From Octopus sinensis (Eukaryota), in assembly GCF_006345805.1 (NCBI RefSeq), contig NW_021825178.1:1-16355 (forward strand): DNA of 16,355 nucleotides, given 5' to 3'. Shown one piece after another: positions 1 through 9,626 of the stretch; within the stretch, counting starts at the first letter, position 1, and every line of letters starts with the position of its first letter. The notes below the pieces were generated by a model, which was not told the DNA's origin, did not search any database, and was given only the letters and a program-made list of their open reading frames with translations. Made by a program: the position numbers and the translations under genes.

Positions 1-3
1 ATA

Positions 4-960
4 GAACAGGGGGTCGCCACCGACCCCTGCCGGAGCCTCGTGGAGCTTTTAGGTGTTTTCGCTCAATAAACACACACAACGCCCGGTCGAAACCGCGATC
101 CTCCGACCACGAATCCGCTGCCCTAACCACTGGGCCATTGCGCCTCAAGATATATATATATATATATATCACCGTGATCGACCAGGCTATCAGATGTTGT
201 TACACATCGCTGGTCACAATGCCCTTCGCATTGTTTAAGCCTTCGAATGACGCCACCCCGCTGGCTAGGCGAGCAGGCCAACAGAAGAAAGAGTACAACA
301 GGGGTCGCCAGCGACCCCTGCCGGAGCCTCGTGGAGCTTTTAGGTGTTTTCGCTCAATAAACACACACAACGCCCGGTCTGGGAATCGAAACCGCGATCC
401 TCCGACCACGAATCCGCTGCCCTAACCACTGGGCCATTGCGCCTCCACAAAATAAATTCGCCCATTTCAAGCCTAGCCGGGCTCATGGCCTGGGTTTCCC
501 GGTTTCTGTGGCGTATGTGACCCCCACCCCAGCAGGACGGGACGTTACCCAAGAAACAGAAAGAGAGAGTGAGAGAAAGTTGTGGCAAATGAGTACAACA
601 GGGGTCGCCACCACCCCCTGCCGGAGCCTCGTGGAGCTTTTAGGCGTTTTCGCTCAATAAACACACACAACGCCCGGTCTGGGAATCGAAACCGCGATCC
701 TCCGACCACGAGTCCGCTGCCCTAACCACTGGGCCATTGCGCCTCCACATGGTATATATATATAGGCTGGCTCTTTGAAATACAGGTACAACAGAAACAG
801 AAGTAAGAGCGAGAAAAAGTTGTGGTGAAAGAGTACAACAGGGGTCGCCACCGACCCCTGCCGGAGCCTCGTGGAGCTTTTAGGCGTTTTCGCTCAATAA
901 ACACACACAACGCCCGGTCTGGGAATCGAAACCGCGATCCTCCGACCACGAATCCGCTGC
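4..960 (-). mobile_element. Head-to-tail array of four tRNA-derived SINE heads (about 4-146, 291-448, 591-748, 831-960) with different 3' tails
   Basis: Minus-strand head GTGGAGGCGCAATGGCCCAGTGGTTAGGGCAGCGGACTCGTGGTCGGAGGATCGCGGTTTCGATTCCC with A box TGGCCCAGTGG and B-box-like GTTTCGATTCC; body hairpin CAGGGGTCG-N4-CGACCCCTG; copy 1 has an internal 8-bp deletion; copy 4 lacks the A box. Confidence 0.85.
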
Positions 961-1021
961 AGTTTTTTTTTTAGTGTTCTTGCTATTGCTGGAGTCGTCG
1001 AGAATTCAAATAGCTTTGTGC

Positions 1022-1088
<67 letters not shown>

Positions 1089-1104
1089 GTTGTTGTTGTT
1101 GTTG
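1022..1104. repeat. (TTG)n/(CAA)n microsatellite in the probable 3' UTR
   Basis: About 27 nearly perfect TTG units, about 50 bp past the kinase stop codon. Confidence 0.97.
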
Positions 1105-1156
1105 TGTTTCAATGAAAATTCAATAAAAGTAGATGTGGAAGGAACATTGGTGGAGC

Positions 1157-1240
1157 TTAAAAGACTTCGTCCTGTTTCGGGTGCACAGTAAAGGCTCCGC
1201 GGCCCCGGAAGTACTTGGACCCTTTATCGAGAGCAGTCGA
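1157..1240 (-). CDS. DCLK: Terminal coding exon of a doublecortin-like kinase (STALDKGSKYFRGRGAFTVHPKQDEVF*)
   Basis: Minus strand: long T-rich tract ending ...ttttttttttgcag (AG = 1242-1241), then 27 codons and TAA (1159-1157), phase 0. STALDK..YFRGR resembles the vertebrate DCLK1 last-exon start TTALDK..VFRRR (recalled, not searched). Confidence 0.85.
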   Translation of the reverse strand, partial: STALDKGSKYFRGRGAFTVHPKQDEVF

Positions 1241-1341
1241 CTGCAAAAAAAAAACAAAAAAACGACAAATAAAAAAATAAATAAAAAAGCAATAAAAAAC
1301 GTAAAACTGTTTCAATTCCATTTTTTTAATGAAAAAAAAAT

Positions 1342-1591
1342 TCGTTTCAGTCATTTCACTGCGGCCATGCTGGAGCACCGCCTGCCTTTAGCCGAGCAAA
1401 TCGACCCCGGGACTTATTCTTTGTAAGCCCAGTACTTATTCTATCGGTCTCTCTTTGCCGAACCGCTAAGTAACGCTAGGGGGGGGACAAACACAGACAC
1501 ACAAACACAGACACACACACTTATATATATATATACATATATACGACAGGCTTCTTTCAGTTTCCGTCTACCAAATCCACTCACAAGGCTT
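1342..1591 (-). mobile_element. 5'-truncated CORE-like SINE copy with an internal deletion
   Basis: Reverse complement of AAAGCCTTGTGAGTGGATTTGGTAGACGG...GGCGGTGCTCCAGCATGGCCGCAGT..ATGACTGAAAC; same family as the full copy at 11121-11563. Confidence 0.85.
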
Positions 1592-1605
1592 TATATATAT
1601 ATATA

Positions 1606-2489
1606 CTCTTTTACTCTTTTACTTGTTTCAACTTGTCATTGACTGCGGCCATGCTGGAGCACCGCCTTTTTAGTCGAGCAAATCGACCCCGGGACTTATT
1701 CTTTGTTAGCCAGTACTTATTCTATCGGTCTCTTTTGCCGAACCGCTAAGTGACGGGGACGTAAACACACCAGCATCGACCCTGGGACTTATTCTTTGTA
1801 AGCCCAGTACTTTTCTAACGGTCTCTTTTGCCGAACCGCTAAGTGACGGGGACGTAAACACACCAGCATCGACCCTGGGACTTATTCTTGTAAGCCCAGT
1901 ACTTATTCTATCGGCCTCTTTTGCCGAACCGCTAGGTGACGGGGACGTACACACACCAGCATCGACCCTGGGACTTATTCTTTGTAAGCCCAGTACTATT
2001 CTATCGGTCTCTTTTGCCGAACCGCTAAGTGACGGGGACGTAACACACACCAGCATCGACCCTGGGACTTATTCTTTGTAAGCCCAGTACTTATTCTATC
2101 GGTCTCTTTTGCCGAACCGCTAAGTGACGGGGACGTAAACACACCAGCATCGACCCTGGGACTTATTCTTTGTAAGTCCAGTACTTATTCTATCGGTCTC
2201 TTTTGCCGAACCGCTAAGTGACGGGGACGTAAACAACACCAGCATCGACCCCGGGACTTATTCTTTGTAAGCCCAGTACTTATTCTATCGGTCTCTTTTT
2301 GCCGACCGCTAAGTGACGGGGACGTAAACACCCAGCATCGACCCTGGGACTTATTCTTTGTAAGCCCAGTACTTATTCTATCGGTCTCTTTTGCCGAACC
2401 GCTAGGTGACGGGGACGTAAACACACAGCATCGACCCTGGGACTTATTCTTTGTAAGCCCAGTACTTATTCTATCGGTCTCTTTTGCCG
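1606..2489 (-). mobile_element. CORE-like SINE 3' part carrying a 9-copy internal tandem amplification (93-95 bp unit)
   Basis: SINE tail (CTCTTTTACTCTTTTAC) at 1606; ATCGACC unit starts at 1682, 1775, 1868, 1961, 2055, 2149, 2244, 2337, 2430; last unit truncated at ~2489. Confidence 0.92.
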
Positions 2490-2547
2490 CGTATGTACTA
2501 GCAAAAATGCGTGTGTGCAACAAACTAGAAAAATTGCGAGGATGGTG

Positions 2548-3319
2548 AAAAGGATAATGTGGGACCTGCGCCGGTTTCAGATTTTTCAAGATATTGTCTG
2601 CCCACATATACTTGATCTATCTTCATCAGCCAAACATATACACGACAACCTTTCAGATGTTACCACATTAATGCTATTACACTCGACTGAAACGCCGAAA
2701 CGCTAACAGCACGAGAACGATGAAGAAGTTTCAATAAATTAGTAATGCAATACTAGAGTATTGCTTTCCAGTAAAGAATAGCCCGTGAGGGAAAAATAAA
2801 CAAAGAAGTAAATATATGGCACAACGAAGTACCGATATTTACTGGAAATAGCGAACGTAATAATACGACGCTAATGTATAGCTTCACCGCGTATGTAATA
2901 GCAAAAATGTTCTCCCTGGAGGTAAGACAATTTTTTTCAAGTTTGTTGCACACACGCATTTTTGCTAGTACATACGCGGTGAAGCTATACATTAGCGTCG
3001 TATTATTACGTTCGCTATTTCCAGTAAATATCGGTACATCGTTGTGCCATATATTTACTTCTTTGTATATTTTCCCCTCACGGGCTATTCTTTACTGGAA
3101 AGCAATACTCTAGTATTGCATTACTAATTTATTGAAACTTCTTCACCGTTCTCGTGCTGTTAGCGTTTCGGCGTTTCAGTCGAGTGTAATGGCATTAATG
3201 TGGTAACATCTGAAAGGTTGTCGTGGTATATGTTTGGCTGATGAAGATAGATCAAGTATATGTGGGCAGGCATATCTTGAAAAATCTGAAACCGGCGCCG
3301 GTCCCATATTATCCTTTTC
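2548..3319. repeat. Long inverted repeat: arms 2548-2909 and 2957-3319, 47-bp spacer
   Basis: GAAAAGGATAAT...GCAAAAATG is the reverse complement of CATTTTTGC...ATTATCCTTTTC; about ten differences by eye over ~362 bp. Confidence 0.93.
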
Positions 3320-3488
3320 TAGGTATTTCATCTTTCAGATGTTCTCCCTGGAGGTAAGACAATTTTTTTCAAGTTTGTTGCACACACGCATTTTTGCTAG
3401 TACATACGCGGTGAAGCTATACATTAGCGTCGTATTATTACGTTCGCTATTTCCAGTAAATATCGGTACTTCGTTGTGCCATTTATTT

Positions 3489-3503
<15 letters not shown>
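2910..3503 (+). repeat. 432-bp direct repeat (2910-3341; partial second copy 3342-3503); a further inverted fragment at 2490-2537
   Basis: TTCTCCCTGGAGGTAAGACAATTTTTTTCAAG... recurs at 2910 and 3342; the second copy runs into a (CT)n(AT)n microsatellite. Confidence 0.9.
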
Positions 3504-3574
<71 letters not shown>

Positions 3575-3582
3575 TATATATA
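3493..3582. repeat. Compound (CT)n-(AT)n microsatellite
   Basis: Directly visible. Confidence 0.95.
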
Positions 3583-3810
3583 TGTATGTGTATGTGTGTG
3601 TGTTTGTGTGTCTGGTTTGTCCCCCTAGCATTGCTTGACAACCGATGCTGGTGTGTTTATGTCCCTAACACTTAGCGGTTCGGCAAAAGAGATCGATAGA
3701 ATAAGTACTAGGCTCACAAAGAATAAGTCCAAGGGTCGAGTTGCTCGATTAAAGGCGGTGCTCCAACATGGCCGCAGTCAAATGACTGAAACAAGTAAAG
3801 ACAAGAAAAT
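3583..3810 (+). mobile_element. CORE-like SINE 3' half
   Basis: (GT)n, then TTTGTCCCCCTAGCATTGCTTGACAACCGATGCTGG...GGCGGTGCTCCAACATGGCCGCAGTCAAATGACTGAAACAAGTAAA. Confidence 0.88.
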
Positions 3811-3812
3811 TC

Positions 3813-3996
3813 CTGGAGAAGGACATCATGCTCGGAATGGTCAGTGGCAACAGGGGCCGACCAAGATCCCGTTGGCTTGACACCATCAAGAGTGACACGG
3901 GAATGGACATAACCAACCTGAAAGAAGCGACCCAGGATAGAACTGTCTAGGGGACACTGATCCAACGAGTAACCGAGAGTCAATTTCGACTGAGCG

Positions 3997-4001
<5 letters not shown>
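3813..4001 (+). mobile_element. 3' end of an RTE/BovB-like LINE (ORF C-terminus remnant)
   Basis: Translates as [61 protein letters not shown], matching the BovB/RTE C-terminal pattern LEKTLMLG..GRQRMRWLD..DR..W..V..SRTRL (recalled); one TGG>TAG nonsense change; tandem-repeat tail follows. Confidence 0.85.
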
Positions 4002-4222
<221 letters not shown>

Positions 4223-4224
<2 letters not shown>

Positions 4225-5167
4225 TGTTTCTTTATTAGCCACACAGGGCTGCACACAGATAGAACAAATTACAAGGTAGAGCTTTTCTTTTGAAGGTTTA
4301 AAAAAAAAAGGGAAGGGGGAGTTTCGATCAAAAGAGATCGTAAAAGGAGAGAAAGAGGACAAAAAAGCGGGGTTAAAAAAAAGGGGAGAGAAAAAAAAAA
4401 TTGATCAATAGGGATCGTTATCACAGAAATGTCAATATGAAGTGTAAAGGGGAGGACAGGTGAGGTTTACCCGTGGAAAGAAAAGCCTACGGAAAAGACC
4501 ACGGTAACCTCGGTCAATGGAGTCACATGTTATATTTCTTTCTTTTTTTTTTTGCGAATAAGCAACTCTCTGTTTTCAATTTCTGGGTTCATAGGATCAT
4601 GCTCAAGGTGGCTTCGTCATTCATACGTACCATTCTTGCTACATTCACCCATCTTTTTTAAAACATTCGCTAGACAAAACTTGCCTCTCTACTCTCACTT
4701 TCCTTTTCAAGTGGTACTTGAAGAAGTTGATGAGAGATTGACCAGAGAGGAAAGTGTTTGTCTCCAATCCTTTCAGACGCGTCCACCAGATACATTCTTT
4801 CGCCATAGCCACAAGGATGATGAAAATAGCTCTTCCTTCCCGTTTGAAGGAAGGAGGCGTGACAATATTGACGATAGACTCAGCTGATAAACCGACTCGT
4901 CCCACACGTGACAGCAGTTATTCGACATAAGCCCACAGGTCGGAAATTGTTGGACACTGCACGAGTGCGTGCAGAACGGTTTCGTCGCTCTGACCGCATC
5001 TCGGGCAGGTCGGCCCCGAGTTTCTCGAGCCGTGACTGTAGAGCTTATCCCGAACGGGTAGCGCCTCTCAGTAGCACTGCCAGGCAAGGGATCTCTGGAA
5101 GTTGTCCATGGGCCCTGGCCCGAAAGTCGTCCTGAACAGGCGGGTCAGGTACTCCTCGTCGACGTCC

Positions 5168-5168
<1 letters not shown>
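4223..5168 (-). mobile_element. 5'-truncated L1/Tx1-like LINE (ORF2 C-terminus with CCHC zinc knuckle plus 3' UTR)
   Basis: Minus strand: [12 protein letters not shown]...CPRCGQSDETVLHALVQC (4954-5007; C-x2-C-x8-H-x4-C, the L1/Tx1 post-RT zinc finger)...AKECIWWTRLK...; TGA at 4591-4589; pyrimidine-rich 3' UTR; AATAAA at 4236-4231. Frameshifted and contains stops. Confidence 0.8.
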
Positions 5169-5700
<532 letters not shown>

Positions 5701-5875
5701 GCACAGAATACAATCTACAGATTGTTCTGCTTATAATTCCATTCCTAATTCATCCAGACATATCCAAAAATTATGGTTCTATGAAAGATACACAGGATCG
5801 AACTCCGAACTCAGATTTTAAAAATATTAAAAAAAAATTTGTCTTTTCACATTATTTGAAGAATTTTTCACTTAC

Positions 5876-5974
5876 TGCTATGACTGCCAAACCATCTTTT
5901 GGTTTTTTGGTACGTGTGAAATATTGGTTGAATTCCTTGGCCACATGTAATTTGTTATCTTTCGCAGTGTCATT
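5876..5974 (-). CDS. DCLK: Penultimate coding exon of the doublecortin-like kinase (NDTAKDNKLHVAKEFNQYFTRTKKPKDGLAVIA)
   Basis: 99 nt, open frame, phase 0/0; acceptor ttttcttttctcctaatttcctag, donor gtaagt (5875-5870). Ends GLAVIA, matching the DCLK1 exon ending GVSVIA that precedes TTALDK (recalled). Confidence 0.88.
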
Positions 5975-6008
5975 CTAGGAAATTAGGAGAAAAGAAAATT
6001 ATTATTTA

Positions 6009-8750
6009 CTAGCAGTATCGCCCGGCGTTGCTCGGGTTTGTAAGGGAAATAACCATATATGCATTTTTAGAGAGTTATAGCCAAAAAATAGCAAGAAAAT
6101 GCATTAAAAATGGGTAAAAATGATGGTAATTTTTTTTAAATCGTAGACTTATCGTAGACGCGCGCTAATACCCAGAAGGGCTCGTTATGAAGTATCGCCC
6201 GGCGTTGCTCGGGTTTGTAAGGGAAATAACCATATAAGCATTTTTAGAGAGTTATAGCGAAAAAATAGCAAGAAAATGCATTAAAAATGGGGAAAAATGA
6301 TGGTAATTTTTTTTAAATCGTTGACTCATCGTAGACATTTTTAGAGAGTTACTTCCCTTATATAATAATGAAAAAATGCATTAAAATGAAAAAAAATGAT
6401 GGTAAATTGTTTTAAAAATCGTAGACTCATCGTAGACATTTTTAGAGAGTTACTTCCCTTATATAATAACGAAAAAATGCATTAAAATGAAAAAAATGAT
6501 GGTAAATTGTTTTAAAAATCGTAGACTCATCGCAGACGCGCGTTAATACCCAGAAGGGCTCGATATGAATCACGACTATAAGATACCCGCTTTTGGTTAC
6601 ACTGCACCGCAAAATGTGGGAGTAGTTAGGAATCTAAATCGTATGAGACAGACAGCACACAACCTCACTTTTATATATAAAGAATAGCAGTATCGCCCGG
6701 CGTTGCTCGGGTTTGTAAGGGAAATTACTATATAAGCATTTTTAGAGAGCTATAGCGAAAAAATAGCAAGAAAATGCATTAAAATGGAAAATGATGGTAA
6801 TTTTTTTAAATCGTAGACTTATCGTAGACGCGCGCTAATACCCAGAAGGGCTCGTTATGAAGTATCGCCCGGCGTTGCTCGGGTTTGTAAGGGAAATAAC
6901 CATATAAGCATTTTTAGAGAGTTATAGCCAAAAAATAGCAAGAAAATGCATTAAAATGGAAAAATTTGGTAATTTTTTAAAATCGTAGACTTGTCGTAGA
7001 CGCGCGCTAATACCCAGAAGGGCTCGTTATGAAGTATCTCCCGGCGTTGCTCGGGTTTGTAAGGGAAAAAACCATATAAGCATTTTTAGAGAGTTATAGC
7101 GAAAAAATAGCAAGAAAATGCATTAAAAATGGGAAAAAATGATGGTAATTTTTTAAAATCGTAGACTTATCGTAGACGCTCGCTAATACCCAGAAGGGCT
7201 CATTATGAAGTATCGCCCGGCGTTTCTCGGGTTTGTAAGGGAAATAACCATATAAGCATTTTTAGAGAATTATAGCCAAAAAATAGCAAGAAAATGCATT
7301 AAAAATGGGAAAAAATGATGGTAATTTTTTTTAAATCGTAGACTTATCGTAGACGCGCGCTAATACCCAGAAGGGCTTGTTATGAAGTATCGCCCGGCAT
7401 GCTCGGGTTTGTAAGGGAAATAACCATATAAGCATTTTTAGAGAGTTATAGCGAAAAAATAGCAAGAAAATGCATTAAAAATGGGAAAAAATTATGGTAA
7501 TTATTTTAAAATCGTAGACTTATCGTAGAACGCGCGCTAATACCCAGAAGGCTCGTTATGAAGTATCGCCCGGCGTTGCTCGGGTTTGTAAGGGAAATAA
7601 CCATATAAGCATTTTTAGAGAGTTATAGCCAAAAAATAGCAAGAAAATGCATTAAAAATGGGAAAAAATGATGGTAATTTTTTTTAAATCGTAGACTTAT
7701 CGTAGACGCGCGCTAATACCCAGAAGGGCTTGTTATGAAGTATCGCCCGGCATTCTCGGGTTTGTAAGGGAAATAACCATATAAGCATTTTTAGAGAGTT
7801 ATAGCGAAAAAATAGCAAGAAAATGCATTAAAAATGGGAAAAAATTATGGTAATTTTTTTAAAATCGTAGACTTATCGTAGACGCGCGCTAATACCCACA
7901 AGGGCTCGTTATGAAGTATCGCCCGGCGTTGCTCGGGTTTGTAAGGGAAATAACCATATAAGCATTTTTAGAGAGTTATAGCCAAAAAATAGCAAGAAAA
8001 TGCATTAAAAATGGGGAAAAACGATGGTAAATTTTTTTTAAATCGTTGGCTCATCGTACACATTATTAGTGAGTTACTTCCCTTATATAATAACGAAAAA
8101 ATGCATTAAAATGAAAAAAAACGATGGTAAATTGTTTTAAAAATCGTAGACTCATCGTAGACATTTTTAGAGAGTTACTTCCCTTATATAATAACGAAAA
8201 AATGCATTGAAATGAAAAAAATGATGGTAAATTGCTTTAAAAATCGTAGACTCATCGTAGACGCGCGTTAATACCCAGAAGTGCTCGATATGAATCACGA
8301 CTATAAGATACCCGGTTTTGGTTACACTGCACCGCAAAATGTGGGAGTAGTTAGGAATCTAAATCGCATGAGACAGACAGCACACAACCTCACTTTTATA
8401 TATAAAGACTAGCAGTATCGCCCGGCGTTGCTCGGGTTTGTAAGGGAAATAACTATATAAGCATTTTTAGAGAGTTATAGCGAAAAAATAGCAAGAAAAT
8501 GCATTAAAAATGGGAAAAAATTATGGTAATTTTTTTTTAAATCGTAGACTTATCGTAGACGCGCGCTAATACCCAGAAGGGCTCGTTATGAAGTTATCGC
8601 CGGCGTTGCTCGGGTTTTGTAAGGGAAATAACCATATAGCATTTTAGAAAGTTATAGCCAAAATAATAGCAAAAAAAAATGCATTAAAAAGGGAAAAAAT
8701 GATGGTATTTTTTTTTTCTTAAATCGTAGATTTATCGTAGACGCGCGCTA
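6009..8750 (-). mobile_element. Non-autonomous Helitron-like element, three head-to-tail copies (6009-6683, 6684-8408, partial 8409-8750)
   Basis: Minus-strand 3' end CCCGAGCAACGCCGGGC-GATACTG-CTAG followed by flanking T (6012-6009; again 8412-8409; CTAT variant at 6687-6684); 5' end TCTTTATATATAAAAGTGAGG at 6683 and 8408. 5'-TC, 3'-hairpin-CTAG and a following T are canonical Helitron termini. Confidence 0.8.
6689..8090. repeat. ~172-177 bp tandem repeat inside Helitron copy 2
   Basis: AGTATC[G/T]CCCGG unit starts at 6689, 6861, 7033, 7209, 7386, 7562, 7739, 7915; also at 6014, 6191, 8414, 8592. Confidence 0.95.
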
Positions 8751-9066
8751 TTCTCTCTTCCCTCCTCTCTCTCCTTTCTCTCTCTTCTCTGTCTTCTCTA
8801 GTTATCTCTCACCCTCTCTCTATCTCCCCTCTTCTCTCTTTCTCTCTCTCTTTTCTCTCTTCTCTTCTCTCTCTCTTTTCTTCTCTCCTCTCTCTCTCTT
8901 TCTCTCCCTTTTCTCTCTCTCGTCTACTCTCTCTCTCTCTTTCTCTCTTTAACTCTCTCTTTCTTTCTTTCTCTCTCTCTTTTCTCTTCCAATCTCTCTC
9001 TCTTTGCATCTCCATTTTTTTCTCTCTCTCTCTATTCTCTTCTCTCTTTTTTCTCTCTCTCTTCTT

Positions 9067-9097
<31 letters not shown>

Positions 9098-9459
9098 AAA
9101 TCTATCTTTCTCCCCGTCTCTCCCTCTTCTCTCTCCTCTCTCTCTCTCTTTCTCCCCCTTTTTCTCTCTCTCTTCTCTTCTCTCCTTTCTCTCTCTCTTT
9201 CTTCTCTCCCTTCTTTCTCTCTTTCTCTCCCCTTTTTTTTTCTCTCCTCTCTCGTCCTCTCCACTCTCTTTCTCTCTCTCTCTTTCTCTCTCTCCTTTCT
9301 TCTCTCTTTCCTCTCTCTTTCTCCTCTTTTCTTCCCCTCTCTCGTCTCTTTTTTCTCCCTTTTTCTGTCTCTCTTTCTCTCTCTCTTCTCTCTCTCTTTC
9401 TCTCCCTCTCCTCTCTCTCTTCTCTCTCTCTTTCTCTCTCTCTTTCCCTCCTCTCTCTT
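8751..9459. repeat. ~710-bp degenerate (CT)n/polypyrimidine tract
   Basis: Almost entirely C/T on the plus strand. Confidence 0.95.
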
Positions 9460-9502
9460 ACCACGGAAAACTGTATCTCAAAAAAGGTTCTAATAAACTC
9501 AC

Positions 9503-9581
9503 AGCAACCCAAGGTCGGTAAAAACCTCGGCAGCGGAAACCTCATTTCTGGATCTACCTGAAGCATGTGTTCAATCAAGTC
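9503..9581 (-). CDS. DCLK: Kinase subdomain XI exon of the doublecortin-like kinase (DLIEHMLQVDPEMRF[S]AAEV..[P]WVA)
   Basis: Acceptor ctttttcttttctttatacag, donor gtgagt (9502-9497). 79 nt as assembled; adding one T (AGG TTT TCC) and one C (CCT TGG) gives 81 nt/27 codons resembling the CAMK-group motif in DCLK1 ([27 protein letters not shown], recalled). The two deletions are in homopolymers and are probably sequencing errors. Confidence 0.82.
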
Positions 9582-9626
9582 CTGTATAAAGAAAAGAAAA
9601 AGATAATATTTCAAATCATTACGTTT

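Noticed and set aside
591-748. Possible tRNA genes in SINE heads (also 10944, 15739, 16206)
   Set aside because: Acceptor stems do not pair, and the heads continue into conserved SINE bodies; they are tRNA-derived, not functional tRNAs.
4-960. CRISPR-like pattern (constant repeat with variable spacers)
   Set aside because: Repeats are ~158 bp, tRNA-derived, with Pol III boxes; spacers are 80-140 bp SINE tails; the context is eukaryotic and there are no cas genes.
894-1112. Poly-Thr/Asn ORF
   Set aside because: Translation of the (CAA)n microsatellite plus SINE sequence.
1706-2607. Repetitive ORFs 1706-2056 and 2185-2607
   Set aside because: Chance open frames across the 94-bp SINE tandem array; the frame is not maintained between units.
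2548-3319. MITE/foldback transposon interpretation of the inverted repeat
   Set aside because: No target-site duplication is visible, and the arm sequence continues as tandem units on both sides, which fits an inversion within a repeat array better.
3339-3353. 15-nt microexon as part of the host kinase gene
   Set aside because: It is on the opposite strand to the DCLK exons and lies inside a repeat unit; kept only as a low-ranked finding.
2753-3638. Duplicated 79-aa ORFs (MYSFTAYV...) on both strands and ORF 3234-3638
   Set aside because: A consequence of the inverted repeat; no recognisable domain.
8809-9502. ER/K-rich ORFs 8809-9264 and the distal part of 9102-9665
   Set aside because: Translations of the (GA)n tract; only 9503-9581 is a genuine exon.
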